Shown one piece after another: positions 12,958 through 22,412 of a stretch of 64,000 nt of DNA. The notes under the pieces are model-generated. The model was given only the letters and a program-made list of their open reading frames with translations. It did no database searches and was not told where the DNA came from. The DNA comes from Macrostomum lignano. Its lineage: Eukaryota. A program made the translations under genes and the position numbers. The stretch is from NCBI GenBank assembly GCA_002269645.1, contig NIVC01000566.1, forward strand, positions 124,001 to 188,000. The letters are read 5' to 3'. How positions within the stretch are numbered: the first letter of the stretch is position 1; every line of letters begins with the position of its first letter.

Positions 12958-14919
12958 TTGCAATGCAATTTTCTTGCCTTTCAGCCATCTGCTAGTGACC
13001 GCGATCAGCATGTGCTTAAGGCACTGCAGGTTTTGTCTGAGTCGGTTTCTGTTTCTGATTTCTGCTCCGGCACTTCAAATTCAGTTTACTCTGCTCTGTT
13101 AAGCCAGTTAAATATACTTTATCCAGGCAATTATGGTGAAAAAGACTTAAAAACCGTTTGCTGTGATATTCAGCAAAACAGACGACAGTTGAAGAACAAA
13201 ATTTCACTGGTGTTAAATAAATCAACTAACGTGGTGCTGGAGACAGAAAAAAATTCTGATTCTGATTCAAGTCATGACAGTATTGTAATTTATGAATTGG
13301 ATGGCGTGTGGACTGCTCTTGAACAGGCTAGAAATGATAGCGATCGCTGTAAGGCCCAGGAAGACATGCGTTGCATGCTTTTAGCAAAAATCGAACTGGA
13401 TATCGTACAAAAGTGCAGTTTGAGTGTTCAGCGCAGTGATTTTTCAAATGATAGCGCTCGAACCGTCATTTACGTACTGAAATGCTCTGCGCCATTGTCC
13501 GAAGAACGCGGCGTTTGCCCAGGACGATGGAAAGTGCGAGTCAAAGGCTCCACTGTCAGCATAAAGTCTATCGAGACTCCTCAAGAACATCCTCTTAAGG
13601 CCGGAAGAGTTCGCGATAAAAGTCTAAAGCGTAAATTGCAGACCGGATCGATCGCCTCCTTACAGTCGTCTGTCGCTGCACATGCTTATGATGCTCGTGG
13701 CATGCCTTCTAGCAAAACATTGACAAACATTAGGCAGTACGAGAAAACAAAAGAGAGGATTTGCAAAGACAATGCTGCTCATGATCTGCTTCTTCGCATT
13801 GAACACTCCGAGACTCTATCCAAGTACGTTCAGTACTCACAATTTTCCGGCAATTCGTCGCTTCTCGTCATTTCGTTGTCTCATCCTCACTTGGTGGCGG
13901 ATGTTTTGTACTCTATGAAGAAGTCGAAAGTACCAATAAACCTAATAATCGACTCTACCGGTGCATCTGTGACTACAAGCAGCTGGCCTGGGATTCTTCC
14001 CAAAAAATTGTATCATTACGCACTGGTTCTGCCGTCAAGAGGCCAGCTTAATCAGGTTTCTTTGTTAGACGTGCTGTCATGCCTTCATGACAAAGTACAG
14101 CTGTCAATCATGTTGGCAAAGTGGTGGCGAGAAATACTGGGGGTACCAGGTTACGGCTGCTTTAGAATCGCTAAAATCGTGACAGACTTTAATTGGCCAA
14201 CTTTGCACGCTCTACTGCAAGTTTTTAACGGTTTAAACATCGAAGACTACATAAATTGGTGTTATCTTGTTGGCCTGCAAGATGACAATGGACAAAGAGG
14301 TATGCCAGGCTGGCTGCGCGCTACGTTGAAGCAGGCCCGTGAGCGAGTGGCTATCACACTCGGACGCAGCCATATAATGAACGAGGTCCGTCATTGGCCA
14401 GAAGTGCGAAACGCTAATCGACAAGTTCAGGCGGTGTATCTGCAGGGCTTCGCTAAAATCGTCGCAAGCACCTCTGCCCATGAAGGACGCATCTGGCTGC
14501 AAAATCTGCTGCACATCCTGCTGGAACGGGATGCTATGAAAGCCCTTGCATATGTTGAAAGAATACGGAGCGAGCAAGCAGCCGACTTAATGGATGCAGC
14601 ACTTTTGGATCGTTCCGACGAAGAGGATGATGAGAAATCAAGATCTACGATTCGTGCTTCCTCGCGTTTTTACCACGAAGCACGCGAATTCCTTCAAAGA
14701 ATATCCGTCGCTTGCCGTCAAGTTGCGCTGAATAGCGTGTTGATGCCTAATGCTTATTTGAACGAAGCGCTAGCTGCAAGATTTGTGGACTTGTATGCCT
14801 TTTTTCCGTTGTTTAGTAGCATGATGGAAAATGCAGAGCGACACTTTACCCGGAAAGCATCAGCTGTCGACTTCCGCAATACCGAAGGCAGCGTTGAAGT
14901 TTATCACCGGACTGTTTAG
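12958..14919 (+). CDS. MULE-family DDE transposase (NOF/Rehavkus-like), 5' ORF; true start uncertain
   Basis: C-x10-C...H zinc-finger-like segment (KCSAPLSEERGVCPGRW...QEHP). D1 in LIIDSTG (13951), D2 in IVTDFNWPTLHALLQVFN (14185), GRSH at the usual C/DxxH position (H 14371), catalytic E in TEGSVEVYH (14896). The stop TAG at 14917 falls 7 codons after E. The ORF call starts at a TTG. Confidence 0.85.
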   Translation: MQCNFLAFQPSASDRDQHVLKALQVLSESVSVSDFCSGTSNSVYSALLSQLNILYPGNYGEKDLKTVCCDIQQNRRQLKNKISLVLNKSTNVVLETEKNSDSDSSHDSIVIYELDGVWTALEQARNDSDRCKAQEDMRCMLLAKIELDIVQKCSLSVQRSDFSNDSARTVIYVLKCSAPLSEERGVCPGRWKVRVKGSTVSIKSIETPQEHPLKAGRVRDKSLKRKLQTGSIASLQSSVAAHAYDARGMPSSKTLTNIRQYEKTKERICKDNAAHDLLLRIEHSETLSKYVQYSQFSGNSSLLVISLSHPHLVADVLYSMKKSKVPINLIIDSTGASVTTSSWPGILPKKLYHYALVLPSRGQLNQVSLLDVLSCLHDKVQLSIMLAKWWREILGVPGYGCFRIAKIVTDFNWPTLHALLQVFNGLNIEDYINWCYLVGLQDDNGQRGMPGWLRATLKQARERVAITLGRSHIMNEVRHWPEVRNANRQVQAVYLQGFAKIVASTSAHEGRIWLQNLLHILLERDAMKALAYVERIRSEQAADLMDAALLDRSDEEDDEKSRSTIRASSRFYHEAREFLQRISVACRQVALNSVLMPNAYLNEALAARFVDLYAFFPLFSSMMENAERHFTRKASAVDFRNTEGSVEVYHRTV

Positions 14920-16903
14920 ACGGGATGTGCTTGGTGGCAGGTCACAAACTCTCATTGGATTTTTAACCTTAATGGAGGAATTTACGCGAGGGCGTCTTCG
15001 CTATCGATTAGCTAGAAACGATGTCAATTTACCTGCTGCTCAAGATATCGACTTAGATGCGTCCTCAACATCCGGCTCCGGCTCCGAGCACCTGTTGGGG
15101 ATGCAAGACGGTAACGCTGACGAAACTACTGACTGTTGCACGGATCGCTGTACTGGCTCTGTCAACGACCGTGATGGCGTGTCAGGTTCTTGCAGCCCCG
15201 TTAAACCTGATGCTGGTAGCAGCGCTAGTGAAGCTAATTATCGTCCTGAAGCCAGTTTTGAAGCTGATCGCAGCGTTGGTAGCGGAACTGATCGCCGAGC
15301 TGGTCGCGGCGCTGGTCGCGGCGCTGGTCGCGGCTCTGATAGCGGCGCTAGTTGCGAAACTGCTACCGGAATTGATTGCGGCTCTGGTCGCGGCACTGAT
15401 CGCCAAGCTGGTCGCGGCTTTGGTCGCGGCTCTGGTCGCGGCACTGATCGCCAAGCTGGTCGCGGCACTGATCACCAAACTGGTCGCGGCACTGATCACC
15501 AAACTGGTCGCGGCACTGATCACCGAGCTGGTCGCGGTTCTGATAGCGGCGCTAGTTGCGAAACTGCTACCAGCATTGATTGCGGCTCTGGTCGCGGCAC
15601 TGATCGCCAAGCTGGTCGCGGCTCTGGTCGCGGCACTGATCGCCAAGCTGGTCGCGGCACTGATCGCCAAGCTGGTCGCGGCACTGATCATCGAGCTGGT
15701 CGCGGCACTAATCACCAAGCTGGTCGCGGCACTGATCGCCAAGCTGGTCGCGGCGCTGGTAGCGGCGCTGGTCGCAGCGCAAACATTAGCATTAAACGTT
15801 GCTCCAAAACCGACGCTGATCGTGTCGACACTGCTAGAAATTCAAGTACCTCTAAGAGTGGGTCAGTTTTGACTCCAACCCGAAATGCATTTAATGATGA
15901 TTCTATCCAGGCATCTAGCAGCTCCGTGGAAAATAAGCGTCGGTCAAATTGCACAGCTCCAAAGTATTTTCCAGTCGGTAAATATTTTAGAAGTAGTCGA
16001 CCTGATGAAGAGCTTATTCGGAAACACCTACCAGGTGTACTGCTGGTAAACACGATTGTTGTGAAAGGTTACAGGGATTGGCCAGGACGTAATGAGCCCA
16101 TTGATGTTTATCTAAATGGTATGTGTGCTGTAAATCACGTCGTAATGGCAGTTGTTTTATTTCTGCGTCAGAATAATGCCGTAAGGGAGATGTTTAGGCT
16201 TCGATTCGGTGGCATTAGAATCGGCACATGCATTCTCCGATTGGTCGATGCTGCATCATTGCCAGAAGCTGAGACTGTTTTGCTCGATGCCATTTTAGGC
16301 TCTAACTACAGACTGCAATTTTTAAACAAGTGTGTCTTCATGGACTCGCATTCTGTACATGTTGACCACTCTCAAGGTGATGAACGTGAAGTAATTGAGC
16401 TAATGCTCTCGCCTATTCTCCAAAGCACTTTGCGAATGGCAGAGTGCTCCAACGGACACCGACACGAATTCGACTCGTTCAGATACGCGAAAGAATCACT
16501 GACGTTTCAAACAGAAGTCGAAAAGCGCACAATTGCAGACGTTATAGAGGCAGAATTTGTAAGACCGGAAGTTAAATTGTGCCCCTCCATCACTGAGCAG
16601 GGCACAGCGTGTCAAGAAGTTATGACAGTCGCTCCAAGACGGCCTTTTCCGTTGATTCTAATTTGGCCAGCGGTGGTTGGCACCGTAGATCACCTTCAAC
16701 CTGAAGTCCATGCCGGCGAAGTGCAATTCGTTCTGGCGGGAATAACGTATTATGCAAACGACCACTATCAACTACGACTACCGTTCAAGCATCACAACCA
16801 AGAAGTAGTCTACGACGACCGCATCAATGACAAAAATTGCCTTGGTCGAATTCCTGCAGGCGCAATTCCACATAGCGCTGTTTATTTTTCTAGCGCCACG
16901 TAA
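14918..16903 (+). CDS. C-terminal continuation of the transposase in the +1 frame: RG-rich repeat linker plus USP-like (peptidase C19-order Cys-His-Asp) domain
   Basis: Frame of ORF 14831-16903. RRDVLGGRSQTLIGFLTLMEEFTRGRL continues naturally from EVYHRTV. Then (AGRGTDRQ)n, followed by LNGMCAVN (Cys 16124), the Cys/His pairs ECSNGH and CPSITEQGTAC, and FVLAGITYYANDHY (His 16763)...VVYDD (Asp 16814). Confidence 0.7.
   Translation, partial: RRDVLGGRSQTLIGFLTLMEEFTRGRLRYRLARNDVNLPAAQDIDLDASSTSGSGSEHLLGMQDGNADETTDCCTDRCTGSVNDRDGVSGSCSPVKPDAGSSASEANYRPEASFEADRSVGSGTDRRAGRGAGRGAGRGSDSGASCETATGIDCGSGRGTDRQAGRGFGRGSGRGTDRQAGRGTDHQTGRGTDHQTGRGTDHRAGRGSDSGASCETATSIDCGSGRGTDRQAGRGSGRGTDRQAGRGTDRQAGRGTDHRAGRGTNHQAGRGTDRQAGRGAGSGAGRSANISIKRCSKTDADRVDTARNSSTSKSGSVLTPTRNAFNDDSIQASSSSVENKRRSNCTAPKYFPVGKYFRSSRPDEELIRKHLPGVLLVNTIVVKGYRDWPGRNEPIDVYLNGMCAVNHVVMAVVLFLRQNNAVREMFRLRFGGIRIGTCILRLVDAASLPEAETVLLDAILGSNYRLQFLNKCVFMDSHSVHVDHSQGDEREVIELMLSPILQSTLRMAECSNGHRHEFDSFRYAKESLTFQTEVEKRTIADVIEAEFVRPEVKLCPSITEQGTACQEVMTVAPRRPFPLILIWPAVVGTVDHLQPEVHAGEVQFVLAGITYYANDHYQLRLPFKHHNQEVVYDDRINDKNCLGRIPAGAIPHSAVYFSSAT
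15290..15780 (+). repeat. Coding 12/24-bp minisatellite (GCTGGTCGCGGC ACTGATCGCCAA) with a higher-order duplicated block
   Basis: Encodes AGRG/TDRQ repeats. The block SDSGASCETAT(G/S)IDCGSGRGTDRQ occurs twice. Confidence 0.9.
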
Positions 16904-17220
16904 AACTTTAGCTTGTACTCGTATTAGCGCTATTTTGATACTTAGTCCGGTTTACACATTCTTGGACATAACCTTGATTTGGACACGGAGTTTAAAAAAA
17001 TCAGGAGCAGTTTTAATCGATTTACAAGTCTAGTAAAAAAAGTACCGTTTCTTAGTTGTCAAGTTATGTTATGCTCTCAGATTATTTTAATATGCTCGAG
17101 GAGTCGTCAATTGACAATTAGTGCGTATTATTATTGTTAGTCTTGATCTTATCCTTTTATTTCCTTTAGCTCTCACAGTGGGCTTTAAACCCAAGCGTGT
17201 CTTGCGGCTTCATTTAATTA

Positions 17221-18240
17221 TCTACCATATATTATAGTCAAGTCATATCACACATGCAGTGCGCTGTGCTCTTTTTTACCTTTGGACTAATTGCTCATGT
17301 TGGATCGTGTTTTGAAAACTTTCTTGACGCGTTGTCTTGCCTAACACACAGAAGTACATGTACATACGTACGAGCACTACCTACCTACCGTAATACAATT
17401 CCCATAGCTACATGCAAAAGTCTTAGTGTTAGGCAAGTACGAGCCTTTTGAATTTGTTTTGCAACCCGCAGTTTGTTTGCGTTGCTAACTGCCTTTCTAC
17501 CATATATCCTATCAGACGCCAAATTAGTCAATCTTTTTTCTCGCCGTTATCCTTTGCAAGTAGTTCGTTTTTTCTTTTCTTTTAATTTTGAGACCTTTGT
17601 ACTGTTCAGAAGCTTGAGTTTTACAGATGTACGTGTAAATTGAAAGGGTAATTATCACCACGTTTTTTAGTATATAAGACAGACAAATCTTAGACATTTA
17701 GTATAGTTTGATATTTTCAACTTTTGTATATTAGAAGATTGTGACTAGCCATCCGAGCCCTAAATAAAACAAATTGAAAAAAAAATGAATGAGTACCTTT
17801 AGGTTTTGCATCCACTATGAAAGGCAGCTATTTAGCTAGCAGAATATATCAATCAGATCCCTATGATCCCTATTTTGGCTCAAACGTCTGAGAAACCTAA
17901 ATTAGCCACAGAAGTTAGTAACTCCCTCTAGGATGGTTACAACAATTTTTTATATATCCAGATATACGTCGTACTCTTATATTCAGTTGCCAATATCGAG
18001 GGCTCAGACTTTGTTTTTTTAAAATATACGTAAAATACGAGCGTATCTTCGACAATTTTTAATGTTCGTTTTAGTTACATGCCTAAAATTTCTTGTCTCC
18101 ATTTTCTTTTCTTAGGACAAAGCCCTCAACAAAAGCAAAAATCACTTTGGCTTGAAGGCTTTATTTGGCCGTCTTTTTGATCTTGTAGGGAGCCAGAGAT
18201 TCTATCTAGATGCCCCCCATCGGGGGGCGAAAATTGCTAG
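17221..18240 (+). mobile_element. Probable non-autonomous Helitron (~1.0 kb) nested in the transposon spacer
   Basis: 3' end: hairpin GCCCCCC-ATC-GGGGGGC (18212-18228), 8 nt, then CTAG (18237-18240) followed by T. Candidate 5' end A|TCTACCATATATTATA at 17220/17221. The 5' boundary is inferred. Confidence 0.55.
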
Positions 18241-19170
18241 TTTCTCTTCTAAATAAATAATGTCAAATTAGCCAGCGACCCAGAGGTCTGTTTTCGCATT
18301 CTCTCAACAAGAGAAAATCAATTGGGTCGTAACAATTCAATTACATGAGTTATCATAGCTATCATATTATCATAATATCATAATAGTATTATCATATACT
18401 GTAGAATTCAGTAATAAAAAGTAGATTATTAATAGCCGCTTTGCAAAATGTTAAAACATAACAAAATTAAAGAGCAACCCACCATGAAAATACGGCTCGT
18501 AATAATTGTGTTCATACATGTACATATTTATTACATTTGTCTACGTATACATTATCAACGGCAAAAAACTATAAGATTGAAAAAAGTAACGCTTATCCAT
18601 TACACAAAAATACAGATAAAACAGCCAGCCAGGGATAAAACAAACAGCAGATTAAATATACAGATACGGATAGATGAGTAATAGATCAGGATGACAAAAT
18701 TTATCGCACATATAACTTTGTTTATAATTAAGCCAGAAACACATGTAGCGCAACACTGCTACATGTATTGCTGGCATGAGAGAGCCATTTTTCGTGTATA
18801 GATGATAGCTACTAGGCCTCACGAGTGGGTCACGGCTGCATAAAATCCGTAAAAATACTTCAACTTACTGATTTTCAATTTGCACTGTAAACTTTTCGGA
18901 ACAAAATCCATCTAAGCTTAAGATTCTTTGGTGCATAAAGAATCAAATATTAAAAGGTCCTGCTAATATTTCTGGTCCGGTTCTGGTCCTGCTGCTAATA
19001 TTTCTGGTCCGGTGATTACAAGCAGACGAGAAAGCAATGAGATATAAATTAGTCTTTAATAATGGAATTTAAATAAAGAAAATTATAAAGCAAAAATCAA
19101 CTTGCACAACTTGTAAACTCAAGCATTCGACTTCAGTTCAGTTAAAAAGAAGCGTTAGCTAGTCCGAAAA

Positions 19171-20571
19171 TCATTTTTTCTCTATTAATTTACATTCAGT
19201 TCTGCGAAGTTTCGTATTATTGGAACTTCTCAGAACTATGGCACTTTTTTCACGGAATTTATTAGAATTTTCTCCTCGTCGTCTTTTCATCGGAGCTATT
19301 TCAATATCAGTCTCGGCCTCCCTTCGAGCAGTCTCCTCGGCCTGCCTTCGAGCCGTCTCCTCGGCCTGCCTTTGAGCCGTCTCCTCGGCCTGCCTTCGAG
19401 CCGTCTCCTCGGCCTTCCTTCGAGCCGTCTCCTCGGCCTGCCTTCGAGCCGTCTCCTCGGCCTGCCTTCGAGCCGTCTCCTCGGCCTGCCTTCGAGCCGT
19501 CTCCTCGGCCTGCCTTCGAGCCGTCTCCTCGGCCTGCCTTCGAGCCGTCTCCTCGGCCTCTTTTCGAGCCGTCTCCTCGGCCTGCCTTCGAGCCGTCTCC
19601 TCGGCCTGCCTTTGAGCCGTCTCCTCGGCCTGCCTTCGAGCCGTCTCCTCGGCCTGCCTTCGAGCCGTCTCCTCGGCCTGCCTTCGAGCCGTCTCCTCAG
19701 CCTGCCTTCGAGCCGTCTCCTCGGCCTGCCTTCGAGCCGTCTCTTCGGCCTCTTTTCGAGCCGTCTCCTTGGCCTTCCTTCGAGCCGTCTCCTCGGCCTG
19801 CCTTCGAGCCGTCTCCTCGGCCTGCCTTCGAGCCGTCTCCTCGGCCTGCCTTCGAGCCGTCTCCTCGGCCTGCCTTCGAGCCGTCTCCTCGGCCTCTTTT
19901 CGAGCCGTCTCCTCGGCCTGCCTTCGAGCCGTCTCCTCGGCCTGCCTTCGAACCGTCTCCTCAGCTTCCATTCTACTTGACTCCTCTTCGATTGAAGCAT
20001 CAGAAAAAACTTCATCATCCACGATATCCAGATCATTTTCAGATCGACACATTCGTTCTAACTCGCTCTTAAGGTGGCGTAGAGAAGGAAGCAATATTTC
20101 TATTGATAGCCGCCACTTGGCTGATGCCAACGAAGCTGCACTCTCTACATGCTCTAATGCAAAACTTAAGTGCTTGGCTGCCGTTACGTTGCTCCGATAA
20201 TTAAATTGCTTAGAACGCTGCCAATTGTGGCCTTCAAGCCAGGCGCGGCCAGCTTCAGCAGCACTTGAACGTTTTGAAGAATCCAGCCGCAACTCGGCGC
20301 GTTTTCTTTTACGAAAAATTGCAATGCCATTAACATAAGCTAAAGATATACCACCTTCAGATATGTACTTCACGTTCGAACCTCGCGCAGTTCGAATCGC
20401 AGATTTAAGCTTTAAATCAAGAAGGTTTGCCGCATCACGAACATCCAGAGCTTTTACTTTGATACCGACCACAACATCAGTGTCCGGATAGTCATCAGGC
20501 AATGAACCTTGAGCTTCAAAAACCACGAAAGGATCGTTGATAAACGCCAGAAAAGACAAAGTTAGGGCCAT
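19171..20571 (-). CDS. Second transposon-borne protein (466 aa): ~200-aa unknown N-terminal domain, ~27x RRQAEETA charged helical repeat, basic C-terminal tail
   Basis: Uninterrupted ATG-to-stop ORF inside the TIRs, convergent with the transposase. Non-repetitive coding-like flanks on both sides of the repeat; NLS-like KRRR near the C-terminus. Confidence 0.75.
   Translation of the reverse strand: MALTLSFLAFINDPFVVFEAQGSLPDDYPDTDVVVGIKVKALDVRDAANLLDLKLKSAIRTARGSNVKYISEGGISLAYVNGIAIFRKRKRAELRLDSSKRSSAAEAGRAWLEGHNWQRSKQFNYRSNVTAAKHLSFALEHVESAASLASAKWRLSIEILLPSLRHLKSELERMCRSENDLDIVDDEVFSDASIEEESSRMEAEETVRRQAEETARRQAEETARKEAEETARRQAEETARRQAEETARRQAEETARRQAEETARRKAKETARKEAEETARRQAEETARRQAEETARRQAEETARRQAEETARRQAEETAQRQAEETARRQAEETARKEAEETARRQAEETARRQAEETARRQAEETARRQAEETARRQAEETARRKAEETARRQAEETAQRQAEETARRQAEETARREAETDIEIAPMKRRRGENSNKFREKSAIVLRSSNNTKLRRTECKLIEKK
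19320..19966 (-). repeat. Coding 24-bp minisatellite (~27 units)
   Basis: Plus-strand unit CCTGCCTTCGAGCCGTCTCCTCGG repeated with few variants. Confidence 0.97.
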
Positions 20572-20830
20572 TCAAGTAAGGCCATAATCTGGTAAATTAA
20601 ATATAACATTTTTCCTAGTTTCTCATGGTGTAATTGAGCAAGTTACATTGTAGAACAAAAAGAACAATCTAATATGTGCACCGTGTTTTGTTACTTTGCA
20701 GCTAATTTTATAAGAGTTCATTGGCCTGATTAAAATGAGGCCTTACTAATAGGCACACTGCATATAAAACTTCCTTCCTCGTCTTCATTTCTGTAATTAA
20801 GCATGTTACAATCTAGAAGACACAGTTTTT

Positions 20831-22412
20831 TGTAAACACAAAAACACAATTTATTGTGTGTATTGTGTTTCTGGGTACAAATATAATTCCTAATGAGCAT
20901 ATTGGTCCCTGTAACTTAGAAAGAAGTAATATCCCTGAGAAAAATTGCATTCTATCAGTGTGCAGCTTCTAGATAGCTCAATAGCAGGCTAGACTGATGT
21001 AAACACAAAAAACACAATTTATTGTGTGTATTGTGTTTCTGGGTACAAATATAATTCCTAATGAGCATATTGGTCCCTGTAACTTAGAAAGAAGTAATAT
21101 CCCTGAGAAAAATTGCATTCTATCAGTGTGCAGCTTCTAGATAGCTCAATAGCAGGCTAGACTGATGTAAACACAAAAAACACAATTTATTGTGTGTATT
21201 GTGTTTCTGGGTACAAATATAATTCCTAATGAGCATATTGGTCCCTGTAACTTAGAAAGAAGTAATATCCCTGAGAAAAATTGCATTCTATCAGTGTGCA
21301 GCTTCTAGATAGCTCAATAGCAGGCTAGACTGATGTAAACACAAAAAACACAATTTATTGTGTCTATTGTGTTTCTGGGTACAAATATAATTCCTAATGA
21401 GCATATTGGTCCCTGTAACTTAGAAAGAAGTAATATCCCTGAGAAAAATTGCATTCTATCAGTGTGCAGCTTCTAGATAGCTCAATAGCAGGCTAGACTG
21501 ATGTAAACACAAAAAACACAATTTATTGTGTGTATTGTGTTTCTGGGTACAAATATAATTCCTAATGAGCATATTGGTCCCTGTAACTTAGAAAGAAGTA
21601 ATATCCCTGAGAAAAATTGCATTCTATCAGTGTGCAGCTTCTAGATAGCTCAATAGCAGGCTAGACTGATGTAAACACAAAAAACACAGTTTATTGTGTG
21701 TATTGTGTTTCTGGGTACAAATATAATTCCTAATGAGCATATTGGTCCCTGTAACTTAGAAAGAAGTAATATCCCTGAGAAAAATTGCATTCTATCAGTG
21801 TGCAGCTTCTAGATAGCTCAATAGCAGGCTAGACTGATGTAAACACAAAAAACACAATTTATTGTGTGTATTGTGTTTCTGGGTACAAATATAATTCCTA
21901 ATGAGCATATTGGTCCCTGTAACTTAGAAAGAAGTAATATCCCTGAGAAAAATTGCATTCTATCAGTGTGCAGCTTCTAGATAGCTCAATAGCAGGCTAG
22001 ACTGATGTAAACACAAAAAACACAATTTATTGTGTGTATTGTGTTTCTGGGTACAAATATAATTCCTAATGAGCATATTGGTCCCTGTAACTTAGAAAGA
22101 AGTAATATCCCTGAGAAAAATTGCATTCTATCAGTGTGCAGCTTCTAGATAGCTCAATAGCAGGCTAGACTGATGTAAACACAAAAAACACAGTTTATTG
22201 TGTGTATTGTGTTTCTGGGTACAAATATAATTCCTAATGAGCATATTGGTCCCTGTAACTTAGAAAGAAGTAATATCCCTGAGAAAAATTGCATTCTATC
22301 AGTGTGCAGCTTCTAGATAGCTCAATAGCAGGCTAGACTGATGAAACACAAAAAACACAATTTATTGTGTCTATTGCGTTTCTGGGTACAAATATAATTC
22401 CTAATGAGCATT
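20831..22412 (-). repeat. 168-bp tandem satellite array, ~9.4 units, in the right TIR (inverted)
   Basis: Reverse-complement marker recurs at 20898, 21066...22242 and 22409. Confidence 0.97.

Noticed and set aside
15057-15872. Alternative-frame ORFs (ALVAALIAKL; AISAAT; PRPAWRSV) over the RG repeat
   Set aside because: By-products of a stop-free 12/24-bp repeat. Only the AGRG frame links to non-repetitive coding sequence on both sides.
19296-20200. LEGRPRRR, SSRLLGLP and CLRAVSSA repeat ORFs
   Set aside because: Other frames of the same 24-bp minisatellite. The RRQAEETA frame has the longest unique flanks and an ATG start.
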